Shown: positions 17,001 through 26,204 of the stretch, in pieces | Numbering within the stretch: the stretch's first letter is position 1 | Layout of the letters: each line of letters begins with the position of its first letter | NCBI GenBank assembly: GCA_903865465.1 | Contig: CAIPJU010000898.1 | Coordinates: 1-34,826 of the forward strand | DNA: 34,826 nt | Reading direction: 5' to 3' | Origin: an uncultured Bacteroidota bacterium | GTDB taxonomy: Bacteria > Bacteroidota > Bacteroidia > Bacteroidales > VadinHA17 | Translations under genes and position numbers: made by a program | Notes under the pieces: generated by a model | Database searches by the model: none | Told to the model about the DNA's origin: nothing | What the model saw: the letters and a program-made list of their open reading frames with translations, nothing else

Positions 17001-17987
17001 ATGGAAAAGAGGTATAAATGGGGGATCCTTGCCCCCGGTAAGATGGCGGCAAAATTTGTTAGGGGACTCAAGCTTCTTGAAAATGCCGAGCTGTTTGCAG
17101 TTGGTTCCCGCGATAAGGAGCGTTCAGAGATCTTCGCCAGGGAGCATGGATTTAAAAGATCCTATGGCAGTTATGAGGAGCTGGCTGCTGATAGTGAAGT
17201 GGATATTATTTATATAGCCTCGCCTCATTCGCATCATTTCGAACATACCATGTTATGTCTGAAAAACAGGAAGGCTGTCGTTTGTGAAAAAGCATTTGCA
17301 CTCAACAGTTGTGAGGCAAAGGAGATGGTTGCTGAGGCAGCCCGGCAGAATGTCTTTCTGATGGAAGCATTATGGCCGCCCTTCCAGCCTGCCTACAAGG
17401 GAACCATCGATATGCTTCGAAGTGGTAAGCCAGGAAAAATTCTTCATATGAATGGCCGGTTCGCTTTTCAGGCTCCCTTCAGCCCGCGCGACAGAAAGTA
17501 TAACCTTGCCCTGGGGGGAGGCGCCCTTCTGGATATTGGAATATACCCGGTGATTGATGCCCTTACCTTCATGGGAGTCCCTGAGAAAGTCCTTGCAAAG
17601 GCTGACTTTGCAGAGACAGGCTCCGACATTTCAATAAGTATCATCTTTGGTTATCCTGACGGAAGGATGGCCAATATATACAGCTCTTACCTTACACAGG
17701 CAGGTATTGGCTGTGATCTGCTCTGCGAAAACGGGAACCTTTATTATTCACGTGAACGCGATATGTCGCAACGGCTCGTTGTTGCTCTTAATGGCGAAGA
17801 ACATCAAAAACAGTCCTGGCTACCCGAGGGAATGGGCTATCATTTTGAAGCCTCCGAGGTTATGAAATGCCTCGATGAGGGAAAGATTCAAAGCGATGTG
17901 GTGCCTCATTCATTCACTGTTAATCTGATGGAGACTCTCGACAGGATAAGGGAAACGGCCGGAATTATTTATCCGGGCAGGGATTAG
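17001..17987 (+). CDS. Gfo/Idh/MocA family oxidoreductase
   Basis: N-terminal Rossmann segment KWGILAPGKMAAKFVRGL...AVGSRDKERSEIFAREHG, and the family motif VVCEKAFALN (EKP-like). ATG at 17001 is preferred over the GTG at 16998 used by the ORF track. Confidence 0.9.
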   Translation: MEKRYKWGILAPGKMAAKFVRGLKLLENAELFAVGSRDKERSEIFAREHGFKRSYGSYEELAADSEVDIIYIASPHSHHFEHTMLCLKNRKAVVCEKAFALNSCEAKEMVAEAARQNVFLMEALWPPFQPAYKGTIDMLRSGKPGKILHMNGRFAFQAPFSPRDRKYNLALGGGALLDIGIYPVIDALTFMGVPEKVLAKADFAETGSDISISIIFGYPDGRMANIYSSYLTQAGIGCDLLCENGNLYYSRERDMSQRLVVALNGEEHQKQSWLPEGMGYHFEASEVMKCLDEGKIQSDVVPHSFTVNLMETLDRIRETAGIIYPGRD

Positions 17988-18027
17988 GAGAGAATTGGAT
18001 ATTTCAGAAATACAATTGTTTAAAGGA

Positions 18028-18732
18028 ATGTCAGCCAGAGATTCAGATATTGACCGCGAAGGTGCATTTTACAGGAAGAAGCTGCTGCTGAACATGATAA
18101 TCCCCGGGATATTTGTCATTCTGATGTGGCTTGTCAAAATTTCTGAAATATTATTTGAAGCTGATTTTACAAAAGGTGGCATTTATCCCCAAACCGTTAA
18201 GGGACTGCCCGGCATAGTTCTTTCTCCTTTCATTCACGCCGATTTCCGGCACCTGTTTAATAATACGATTCCGTTATTCTTACTCTCACTGGCTCTCTTT
18301 TATTTTTATTCCGAAGTAGCGCTTATAGTATTTTTATGGAACTGGCTCCTGACAGGTATATTTGTGTGGCTGGCAGGCAGAGCCGCGTGGCATATCGGAG
18401 CAAGTGGTTTGGTTTACGGACTGGCCTCATTTCTCTTTTTCAGTGGTATAATAAGAAGATATTTCAGGCTTGTTGCACTTTCGTTGCTTATTGTTTTCCT
18501 GTACGGGTCGATGGTGTGGGGGATTTTTCCGGGTGTTTATCAGAATGTGTCATGGGAATCGCATATGGTCGGAGCCTTTTCAGGGGTGATACTGGCAATC
18601 CTCTACCGGAAAGAGGGCCCGCAGCAACCAAAATATGAATGGATGGATGACGATGAACCTGAACCTGAAATTGAATCTGAATCCGAAACTAATTCAGAAA
18701 CTGAGGATAATGATGTTTCTAAACTGCCATAA
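18028..18732 (+). CDS. rhomboid family intramembrane serine protease
   Basis: Six predicted TM helices. Catalytic Ser motif HIGASGLVYGL and catalytic His in WESHMVGAFSGV. The start is ambiguous: ATG at 18028 (chosen) or TTG at 17995. An acidic C-terminal tail is present. Confidence 0.8.
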   Translation: MSARDSDIDREGAFYRKKLLLNMIIPGIFVILMWLVKISEILFEADFTKGGIYPQTVKGLPGIVLSPFIHADFRHLFNNTIPLFLLSLALFYFYSEVALIVFLWNWLLTGIFVWLAGRAAWHIGASGLVYGLASFLFFSGIIRRYFRLVALSLLIVFLYGSMVWGIFPGVYQNVSWESHMVGAFSGVILAILYRKEGPQQPKYEWMDDDEPEPEIESESETNSETEDNDVSKLP

Positions 18733-18734
18733 TA

Positions 18735-19697
18735 ATGACTGACCTTTCAATTGTAATTGTTTCCTATAAGGGATGGGACAGGCTGGTGAAGTGTCTCGAA
18801 GCGCTCGATTCCTTTTCGGGGAAAAGCTTCAGTTTTGAGGTTATTTTAGTTGACAACATGTCGGGTGAGGATACAATATTTGCAATAGAAAAGCGCTTTA
18901 GTAAGTTCATTTTTATTCATAACAGCATAAATGGAGGATATGCAAATGGCTGCAATCGTGGTGTTTCAATTGCAAAGGGCAGTTACATACTTCTGCTTAA
19001 TCCCGATACTGTTGCTGCTGAGTCAGAAATTTTCAGGATGATTGAAGTCTCGAGGAATAATCCGCAATACGGACTTGTATCATGCAGGCAGGTGAACGAG
19101 AGAGGGAAGGAGTCTGTTGCAACAGGAGTGTTTCCTGCGTTTTTCAATCTGACAGGTTTGCAGCGTGCCTTTTTAAGAAGTCTGAAGAAAAAAGAACCCT
19201 TAGCAGAGGCCGGGACAAGTTTTCCCGATTGGGTTTCGGGTTCGGTGATGCTGTTGAGTATGGAAACATTCAGGCAGGTCGGAGGCCTTGATGAGGACTT
19301 CTGGATGTACTTTGAGGATGTAGACCTGTGCAGAAGAATCAGGGATATAAATTTAGAAATTGCTTTTTGCACAGAGATAAAAATTGAGCATAACCACGGG
19401 GGAAGCTCAAGGATAAACCTGAATACAGCAAGTCTTACCAAGACCGAAGTTCATATATCGAGGCATATTTATATAAGCAAACATAAATCGGGAGTGGAGA
19501 AGATTTGCATTCAGCTCTTCCTTGTGTTGAACACTCTGATTACGAATGGTTTGATCGGGATTCCGGGAATTGTTCTCTTTTTTATTCCCAAAATATTCAT
19601 CAGAACTCTGATATTCGGAAGTCTGATTTCATATTACGCATCATCTCTCTCAAGGCTCTCCTGGATAAGTCCCCGTTCAGTAAATTTTCAGAATTGA
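18735..19697 (+). CDS. family 2 glycosyltransferase with C-terminal membrane segment
   Basis: LSIVIVSYKGWDRLVKCLEAL ... VILVDNMSGEDT ... LLLNPDT ... DEDFWMYFEDVDLCRR are GT2 (WbbL-like) signatures. The C-terminus is hydrophobic. Confidence 0.9.
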   Translation: MTDLSIVIVSYKGWDRLVKCLEALDSFSGKSFSFEVILVDNMSGEDTIFAIEKRFSKFIFIHNSINGGYANGCNRGVSIAKGSYILLLNPDTVAAESEIFRMIEVSRNNPQYGLVSCRQVNERGKESVATGVFPAFFNLTGLQRAFLRSLKKKEPLAEAGTSFPDWVSGSVMLLSMETFRQVGGLDEDFWMYFEDVDLCRRIRDINLEIAFCTEIKIEHNHGGSSRINLNTASLTKTEVHISRHIYISKHKSGVEKICIQLFLVLNTLITNGLIGIPGIVLFFIPKIFIRTLIFGSLISYYASSLSRLSWISPRSVNFQN

Positions 19698-19772
19698 AGC
19701 CAATAAACAGGGTTAAAACATTAAATATAGTTAAGATATTACTACTGTTGTAAAGAAAGTCACCTAAATTAT

Positions 19773-19780
19773 TATATTTG
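19773..19780 (+). promoter_or_regulatory. candidate -7 promoter box (TATATTTG) for the SDR gene
   Basis: Exact TAnnTTTG, 35 nt upstream of ATG 19815. Confidence 0.3.
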
Positions 19781-19814
19781 GAACCGGATTTTCTACGGAC
19801 CCTGATAATTATTT

Positions 19815-20600
19815 ATGACCATGAATGAAAAACCTGTAGCCGTTATTACAGGTGCCAGCCGAGGAATCGGGAGGTCAGCTGCTATTGCACTTGCAGCTGA
19901 GGGATATGACATAGCGTCAATATCCCGTTCAATCGATTGTGAAGGTATTGAGAATCTTGGGCCAGAAGTCGAAAAACATGGTGCCCAATTCTTTCCTATC
20001 GGTCTGGATATCTCTTGTACGGGCTGCCATGCTGAAGCTATTACTGACATTCTTGAACGATATGGAAGGATCGACCTTCTTGTAAATAATGCCGGTGTTG
20101 CTCCGCTGCTAAGGAGCGATCTGCTTGAAATGACTGAAGAGAGTTACGACAGGGTTATGAATATTAATCTTAAAGGCCCGGTTTTCTTTGCTCAGAAAGT
20201 GGCAAAGGAGATGATATGGCTCAAAGAACAGATAGAAAGATACAGACCTATTATCATTTTTATAACATCAGTATCTGCAGTCCATTCCACCACAAACAGG
20301 ACTGAATATTGCATTTCGAAAGCAGGGCTTAGTATGGCATCAACAGTTTTTGCCGACAGGCTCTCACAAAATGGAATCCTGGTTTTCGAGGTTCGCCCGG
20401 GAATGATTGAAACCGACATGACAGCCAGGATAAAGGAGAAGTACGATAAGCGGATTGCTGAGGGTCTTGTGCCTCAGAAAAGATGGGGAGTACCGGCAGA
20501 TATTGCTAAGGCAATTGCTTCTCTGGCCCGCGGCGACTGGGACTTTTCTACCGGAATGCTATTTGAAATAAGCGGGGGTCTTAATATCCGGAAGCTCTGA
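19815..20600 (+). CDS. SDR family oxidoreductase (3-oxoacyl-ACP-reductase-like)
   Basis: Cofactor motif VAVITGASRGIGRSAA, NNAG motif (LVNNAGV) and catalytic YxxxK (YCISKAG). Confidence 0.9.
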   Translation: MTMNEKPVAVITGASRGIGRSAAIALAAEGYDIASISRSIDCEGIENLGPEVEKHGAQFFPIGLDISCTGCHAEAITDILERYGRIDLLVNNAGVAPLLRSDLLEMTEESYDRVMNINLKGPVFFAQKVAKEMIWLKEQIERYRPIIIFITSVSAVHSTTNRTEYCISKAGLSMASTVFADRLSQNGILVFEVRPGMIETDMTARIKEKYDKRIAEGLVPQKRWGVPADIAKAIASLARGDWDFSTGMLFEISGGLNIRKL

Positions 20601-20690
20601 ACCAGGTTAGCAATCAATACATTTTTTTTAAGAGTAAGTGAACATTACGATCTCTTCATATGTTTAAGAAGAAATTTTAAAAACATAAGA

Positions 20691-21263
20691 ATGAAGAAAT
20701 CACTATTACTTTTATCACTTGGCGGGTTATTTATTTTGAACGCCGGAGCACAGCAGAAATACACGGCCGACGTGGAGAAAACACTCCTTTCCTGGACAGG
20801 AGAAAAAGTTACCGGGCAGCATACCGGAACAATTAAATTAAAATCGGGATGGCTTAATTTGAAAGACAATAACATTGTCGGTGGCGAATTTAATATCGAC
20901 ATGGCCAGCCTAAAGGACAGTGAAGCGAACGAACATCTTGAAGGACACCTCAAGTCAGCTGACTTTTTTGATGCTGTAAAATTTCCCGTTGCAACACTCG
21001 TAATAAAGGAGAGTACCGCTTTTGACAAAGGGACAGGAGTTGTTAAAGGATTACTTACTATTAAAGGTGTAACTAACCCTATTGAGATTAAAGCCACATT
21101 GCAGAAGAAGGATGACGGCCTTTGGTTTTATTCAAACATAGTAATCGACAGGACAAAATACAATATCAAGTACGGTTCGGGTTCATTTTTTGATAACCTT
21201 GGCGACAAAACCATCTACGATGAGTTCAGAATTAAACTTAGCCTGCTTGTAAAACAGAACTAA
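20691..21263 (+). CDS. YceI family periplasmic protein
   Basis: Signal peptide MKKSLLLLSLGGLFILNAGAQ. YceI-like segments: LSWTGEKVTGQHTGTIKLKSG, IDMASLKDSEANEHLEGHLKSADFFDAVKFPVATL, GLLTIKGVTNPIEI. Confidence 0.9.
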   Translation: MKKSLLLLSLGGLFILNAGAQQKYTADVEKTLLSWTGEKVTGQHTGTIKLKSGWLNLKDNNIVGGEFNIDMASLKDSEANEHLEGHLKSADFFDAVKFPVATLVIKESTAFDKGTGVVKGLLTIKGVTNPIEIKATLQKKDDGLWFYSNIVIDRTKYNIKYGSGSFFDNLGDKTIYDEFRIKLSLLVKQN

Positions 21264-21268
21264 ATTAT

Positions 21269-21331
21269 TCCCGGGAAAACCCGGGATATTTAATATATAG
21301 ATCAGAGACCATACGTGGTCTCTTTTTTTTT
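21269..21331 (+). terminator. tandem hairpins / rho-independent terminator after the YceI gene
   Basis: Hairpin 1 is TCCCGGG-aaaa-CCCGGGA (21269-21286). Hairpin 2 is AGAGACCA-tacg-TGGTCTCT (21304-21323), running into a 9-T tract (21323-21331). Confidence 0.8.
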
Positions 21332-21391
21332 CCATAATTTTTGGTAAAGTCGGAAATCAAAGCCATCTTGTATTTCCTAAACTAAGCTGAA

Positions 21392-22648
21392 ATGGCAAAC
21401 GATCTTACAATAAACAACGGGAGCAGGAAACTGGTATACCGTGAATATCTGATTCCCTTTATTCTGGTAACAAGCCTCTTTTTCCTGTGGGGTTTTGCCC
21501 ATGGCTGCCTTGATGTTCTCAATAAACATTTCCAGGAACTGCTTCATATGTCGAAGGCAAAATCGGCCTTTGTTCAGTTCGTATTTTATGGAGGCTATTT
21601 CCTGATGGCTATCCCGGCAGGTTTCCTGATGCAGAAATTTGGATATAAAAGAGGGATTCTTTTTGGATTGCTTCTCTTTGCATGCGGAGCCTTTCTTATG
21701 CTTCCCGCAACCCTGACACAGACTTTTGGTAGTTTTCTCATTTGCCTCTTTATAATTGCATGCGGACTTACCTGTCTCGAGACTGCCGCTAATCCGTATA
21801 CTACGGTTCTGGGGCCTCCTGAATTTGGAGAACGCCGTATCAACTTCTCACAGTCGTTTAACGGGCTGGGTTGGATAGCCGGACCACTGGTCGGAGGGAT
21901 GCTGATATTTTCCGGAGGAGGGAACAGTAATAAATTTTCTTCTATCGCTCTTCCCTATATGCTCATCGGCTCCCTTGTCCTTATTGTGGCAGCCATGTTC
22001 TGGCGCATTTCCCTGCCTGAGATCAAAGAAGAATCCCACGCTTCGCACGGTGCCATGACGGAAGCTGAAGCTAAATTGAAGGATCTTTTGAAACATCCGC
22101 ATTTTGTTCTTGCTGTTATAGCCCAGTTCCTATATGTAGCTGCCCAGACAGGAGTCAACAGTTTTTTCATCAATTATGTTACCGAAGAGATTCCTTCTCT
22201 GACAAATCAGCAGGCTGCACAAATTCTGGGTTTTGGCGGAATGGGGCTTTTCTGGCTTGGAAGATTTACAGGAAGCACAATTTTCATGAGGTTAATGAAG
22301 CCAAACAGACTGCTTGCCCTCTATGCTTTCATGAATGTTATTACAATGGGTCTTGTTGTTGCAGGACTTGGCTGGGTTTCGGTGGTTGCGCTTTTTTCAA
22401 CTTACTTCTTTATGTCGCTTATGTTCCCGACGATATTTGCACTTGGAATTAAGGGAATGGGGCCGCTGACTAAAAAAGCTTCCTCATTTCTTGTAATGTC
22501 AATTGTTGGAGGAGCTATTCTGCCCGTATTCATGGGCTGGATTGCCGATGTATCATCAATGGCTCTTGGTTTCCTGATGCCTCTGGCTTGTTTTGCCTAT
22601 ATAGTCTTCTTCGGAATTAAGGGCTACAAGGTGACAAGAACAGTATAA
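21392..22648 (+). CDS. MFS sugar transporter, FHS family (FucP/GluP-like sugar:H+ symporter)
   Basis: 12-TM protein. The N-terminal region FFLWGFAHGCLDVLNKHFQELL...FVQFVFYGGYFLMAIPAGFLMQKFGYKRGILFGLLLFACGAFL aligns in my memory with E. coli FucP (FFLWAVANNLNDILLPQFQ...). Confidence 0.85.
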   Translation: MANDLTINNGSRKLVYREYLIPFILVTSLFFLWGFAHGCLDVLNKHFQELLHMSKAKSAFVQFVFYGGYFLMAIPAGFLMQKFGYKRGILFGLLLFACGAFLMLPATLTQTFGSFLICLFIIACGLTCLETAANPYTTVLGPPEFGERRINFSQSFNGLGWIAGPLVGGMLIFSGGGNSNKFSSIALPYMLIGSLVLIVAAMFWRISLPEIKEESHASHGAMTEAEAKLKDLLKHPHFVLAVIAQFLYVAAQTGVNSFFINYVTEEIPSLTNQQAAQILGFGGMGLFWLGRFTGSTIFMRLMKPNRLLALYAFMNVITMGLVVAGLGWVSVVALFSTYFFMSLMFPTIFALGIKGMGPLTKKASSFLVMSIVGGAILPVFMGWIADVSSMALGFLMPLACFAYIVFFGIKGYKVTRTV

Positions 22649-22892
22649 ATGTATTTTTCAGATAAAAAAGCGGGTGAAGCTTCTGTTAAAGTGAGAAAGC
22701 TGCAATAGGATGCCGTTCAATGTTAAGAAAGAAATTCCCGCAAGAATTGAAAACTGTATTGAGTGTTGAATAAGATACGACGACTATTTCAAAAGTAATC
22801 CTCTTAAAAGGATCATAAAGCGGTAGCCCCTGTTCGAGAAATATTATTACTAACTGATCTGATCATTGGTTAAATCACTTTGGGATATTCAT

Positions 22893-22941
22893 AAAAAAAG
22901 GATGAGAAAGCCGATTTTGATATTCAAATCGCTACTCATCC
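22893..22941 (-). terminator. rho-independent terminator of the small T9SS-substrate gene
   Basis: Compound stem GGATGAG...CGATTT-tgatattc-AAATCG...CTCATCC (22900-22941). On the minus strand it is followed by TTTTTTT (22893-22899). It lies about 70 nt downstream of the stop at 23009. Confidence 0.7.
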
Positions 22942-23008
22942 GCGCAGATTATTGAGAGAATTGCACCGGCAAAATAAGCTGCCGGGTATTAAGAATAAAC
23001 TATTAATC

Positions 23009-23434
23009 TTAGTTCAGAGTGATCTTAAAAGTCTTAATCTCCTTGCATGAGTTGTAAACTCTGAGAAAGTAGACACCAGTGCCCAGATCCTTTATTGAAA
23101 TATGGGTTTCTGAGGTCTCCAGATTATCACAGACAATCAATTCGCCCATGAAATCAAACAACCTGACAGAGAGGTTCCTTGTTTCACTGTTTTCAGCTTT
23201 AAGAACAAGAACTCCTGCCGACGATTCAGAATTAGAAGCTAATGAGAGATCGACAGAATGATCCGCATTACCTTTTACAACTGCAATCTCCAGGGCATTT
23301 GTGCCATTCGCCTTTGCAGGATTTACTCCTGAAGTCACATTTTTACCAGATGCCGGAACTGCATCTTTAGCATGGGTTGGAAGTACGGACAATACCATGC
23401 AAATCACTAAGAAAAATCCAAAATACTTTTTCAT
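23009..23434 (-). CDS. small secreted protein with a T9SS (Por) C-terminal sorting domain and almost no cargo
   Basis: Signal peptide MKKYFGFFLVICMVLSVLPTHA. The C-terminal ~80 aa have the beta-sandwich CTD pattern (LSVRLFDFMGELI ... LGTGVYFLRVYNSCKEIKTFKITLN). Only about 25-35 low-complexity residues lie in between. Confidence 0.75.
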   Translation of the reverse strand: MKKYFGFFLVICMVLSVLPTHAKDAVPASGKNVTSGVNPAKANGTNALEIAVVKGNADHSVDLSLASNSESSAGVLVLKAENSETRNLSVRLFDFMGELIVCDNLETSETHISIKDLGTGVYFLRVYNSCKEIKTFKITLN

Positions 23435-23970
23435 ACTGTTTAAGTTTAATTGTCAAATTTTTTCCCTAATCCTGTTCCCCATTTTATCCCCGGTCGCTGA
23501 TAAAAACTCTGGCAATTGATTTCCCCTTTTCTCATGTCAAAGTATAACTTATTTTCATTAACCGTTGATGATCAAAGATAATATGAACCTGATAAAAATA
23601 ACAGCATTATTATATATTTAGGAACTATTTTTGTTCAACGTCTTTTTTTAAATGATTAAAGGTTCCCTGCATCACCTAAACAGCAGGATTTATTTGATTA
23701 GAAGCTGACGGGAAATGGGGATTTCAGCGTTGTAAGCTCCTTTGACTTGCATTTTAGAAGGCGAATTTTAAATCAGTTCAGCGTATTTTTGCAAGAATGA
23801 TGAAAAGGAAATAATATATCGAATTGCTTCGTTCTATTGTTGAAATATCTTAATTTTAGCTCTGTGGAGAGATTATCATTCATTCAGACGCTGCATTTCA
23901 TTCCTGCATGAGTCTGAAGAATGACCAGACTTAATAATAAAAATGAAAAGTAAAACGAAAAATCACAAAT

Positions 23971-26175
23971 ATGGATAAAGTAATAGTTGTACCTCAGGAG
24001 AATATTGGCAAGAATTTCATACCTGCCGAATACCTGCCCCCGGATAAAGATGAATACTATCTGAGGAACAAACAGACCCATCAGCAGGCTTCCGGATGGA
24101 GACATCTGAAATCGGATGAAGTGGAGAGGCTCGTAAAAAATGATAATACAGCCGATAACTGGGATGAGATATTTGTTACGGATGAATTCGATACAAATCA
24201 GATTAAGAATACCCGTTTTTTTGGCCTTGTCAGAATTGGACGTTTGCGGAGCGTGATTCTTCAGCATCACGATCTTCGGCTGCCTGCCGGTATAACCAAC
24301 AGCCTGATAATATCATGCGACATTGGCGATGACGTAGCAATTCATAATGTCCATTACCTGTCTCATTATATAATCGGAAACAGTTGTATCCTTTTCAATA
24401 TTCAGGAAATGCATACGACCGACCATTCCAAATTCGGAAATGGTATTATCAAGGAAGGTGAACCTGAAAATGTCAGGACATGGATTGACCTGATGAATGA
24501 AACTGGTTGCCGGAGGATACTTCCTTTCGATGGCATGATAGCCGCCGATGCCTATCTCTGGGCTAAATTTGTCGACGATTCAGCCCTTCAGGAGAATCTT
24601 AAATGTATGACGCAGGATAGTTTTGATAACCGGCGTGGATTCTACGGCACCACCGGGGAACACTGTGTTATTAAGAATTCACTTATTCTGAAGGATGTTA
24701 AAATAAGCTCATATTGTTATATAAAAGGGGCCAATAAATTAAAGAACCTCACTATAAACTCTTCGGAAAAAGAACCAACCCAGATCGGTGAAGGAGTGGA
24801 ACTTGTAAATGGAATCATTGGTTATGGCTGTCACATTTTTTACGGGTGCAAGGCAGTTAAATTCATTCTTGGAAATAATTCAAATCTGAAGTATGGTGCC
24901 AGGCTGATCAACTCATTTCTGGGTGACAACTCCACAATTTCCTGCTGTGAGGTGCTCAATAATCTGATTTTCCCGGCGCATGAGCAGCATCATAACAACT
25001 CTTTTCTTATTGCCTCCGTGGTTATGGGACAAAGTAATATCGCAGCAGGTGCAACAATAGGGTCAAACCACAATAGCCGGGCAAATGATAACGAGATTCA
25101 GGCCGGGAGGGGCTTCTGGCCCGGATTATGTACAAGTGTAAAACACTCCTGCCGTTTTGCATCGTTTGTACTCCTTTCTAAATCAGACTACCCAGCGGAG
25201 CTCGACGTCCCTCTGCCATTCTCGCTTGTAAATAATAATGTTTCAAAAGATCGTCTCGAGATTATGCCTGCCTACTGGTGGCTTTACAACATGTTTGCCC
25301 TGGCCCGCAACTCCTGGAAATTCCAAAACCGCGATAAGCGTGTCCATAAAATACAGAATATTGAATTTGAGCCTCTTGCTCCCGATACTGTGGAAGAGAT
25401 CATCATAGCCCGAAGCTTACTTGAAATTTGGACGGCAAAGGCAGATTTCAGGCATAAGGGAATATCGGTTGAAACAATGAAAGAAGAGGAACTTTCGGAG
25501 CATGGGCGTAAATTACTGACAAGTAATGATGAAGCTGTCGGTAAAATTGAAGTACTGGGCGAAAATATCGAAAACACAAAGCGAAAAATACTTATATTGA
25601 AACCTTATAGCTCTTATCATGCTTATGGGGATATGTTGCATTATTATGCCTTAAAACTTTTGCTGACATATATGCAATCAAATCCCGGTGCAACATTCAG
25701 CGATATGTGCAAACAACTAAGAGGTGAGAGGCAGAAGAGATGGGTGAATCTTGGCGGGCAGCTCATTCGCGAAGAAGATGCTGCCAGGTTAAGGTCGGAT
25801 ATCGGTTCCGGCAGCCTGAAAACATGGGCAGAGGTTCATAAAAGATATAAAGAGCTGTGGGATAGATATACTTTAGACAAACAAAAGCATGCTTTTGCCT
25901 TGTTTTGTGAACTGATGCAGAATGAAAACCCTTCATTCTCCGACTGGAAAACTGCCATTGAGAAGAGTGTTTCAATTCAGAAGTTCGTCAATGACCAGGT
26001 TTATATATCGAGGAAAAAAGATTATGAAAATCCTTTCAAACAGAAGACATTCAGGAATATGGATGAGATGGAGTCGGCTCTGGGCAAGGTTGAGAATAAC
26101 AGTTTTATCGTTCAGGTAAGGCAGGAGACTAAAGATTTTGAAATTCTTGCAGCAGAGATAGGGAAAAGAAAATAA
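23971..26175 (+). CDS. DUF4954 family protein (central left-handed-beta-helix-like region, helical C-terminal half)
   Basis: 734-aa ORF with an ATG start. The N-terminus WRHLKSDEVERLVKNDNTADNWDEIFVTDEFDTNQIKNTRFFGLVRIG and the block FPAHEQHHNNSFLIASVVMGQSNIAAGATIGSNHNSR match my recollection of DUF4954 proteins of Bacteroidota. Hexapeptide-like periodicity runs across roughly residues 230-400. Confidence 0.75.
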   Translation: MDKVIVVPQENIGKNFIPAEYLPPDKDEYYLRNKQTHQQASGWRHLKSDEVERLVKNDNTADNWDEIFVTDEFDTNQIKNTRFFGLVRIGRLRSVILQHHDLRLPAGITNSLIISCDIGDDVAIHNVHYLSHYIIGNSCILFNIQEMHTTDHSKFGNGIIKEGEPENVRTWIDLMNETGCRRILPFDGMIAADAYLWAKFVDDSALQENLKCMTQDSFDNRRGFYGTTGEHCVIKNSLILKDVKISSYCYIKGANKLKNLTINSSEKEPTQIGEGVELVNGIIGYGCHIFYGCKAVKFILGNNSNLKYGARLINSFLGDNSTISCCEVLNNLIFPAHEQHHNNSFLIASVVMGQSNIAAGATIGSNHNSRANDNEIQAGRGFWPGLCTSVKHSCRFASFVLLSKSDYPAELDVPLPFSLVNNNVSKDRLEIMPAYWWLYNMFALARNSWKFQNRDKRVHKIQNIEFEPLAPDTVEEIIIARSLLEIWTAKADFRHKGISVETMKEEELSEHGRKLLTSNDEAVGKIEVLGENIENTKRKILILKPYSSYHAYGDMLHYYALKLLLTYMQSNPGATFSDMCKQLRGERQKRWVNLGGQLIREEDAARLRSDIGSGSLKTWAEVHKRYKELWDRYTLDKQKHAFALFCELMQNENPSFSDWKTAIEKSVSIQKFVNDQVYISRKKDYENPFKQKTFRNMDEMESALGKVENNSFIVQVRQETKDFEILAAEIGKRK

Positions 26176-26204
26176 ATTTCTAAACATCAATCATTCTCCG
26201 GGCA

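Noticed and set aside
17995-18027. TTG start for the rhomboid gene, 8 nt after the preceding stop.
   Set aside because: This is not excluded. The downstream ATG at 18028 is the first canonical start, and the 11 extra residues are not part of the conserved rhomboid core. I reported 18028 and flagged the ambiguity.
18983-19441. 152-aa minus-strand ORF antisense to the GT2 gene. The same situation applies to 20645-21097 (antisense to YceI), 27216-27620 (antisense to the phosphatase), 32357-32743 / 32776-33096 (antisense to czcA) and 15500-16290 (within the TBDR).
   Set aside because: All are fully embedded in well-supported genes on the opposite strand, lack motifs, and have shadow-ORF composition.
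22649-22892. About 245 bp of non-coding DNA after the sugar transporter, with two 19-codon ORFs (MYFSDKKAGEASVKVRKLQ, MPFNVKKEIPARIENCIEC).
   Set aside because: The ORFs are too short and lack supporting signals. No convincing RNA structure is present apart from the neighbouring gene's terminator, so I treat this as plain spacer.
23884-24270. 128-aa minus-strand ORF spanning the DUF4954 start.
   Set aside because: It overlaps the conserved N-terminus of DUF4954 in antisense. Its hydrophobic, Ile/Phe-rich composition reflects AT-rich sequence, and it has no signal or domain features.
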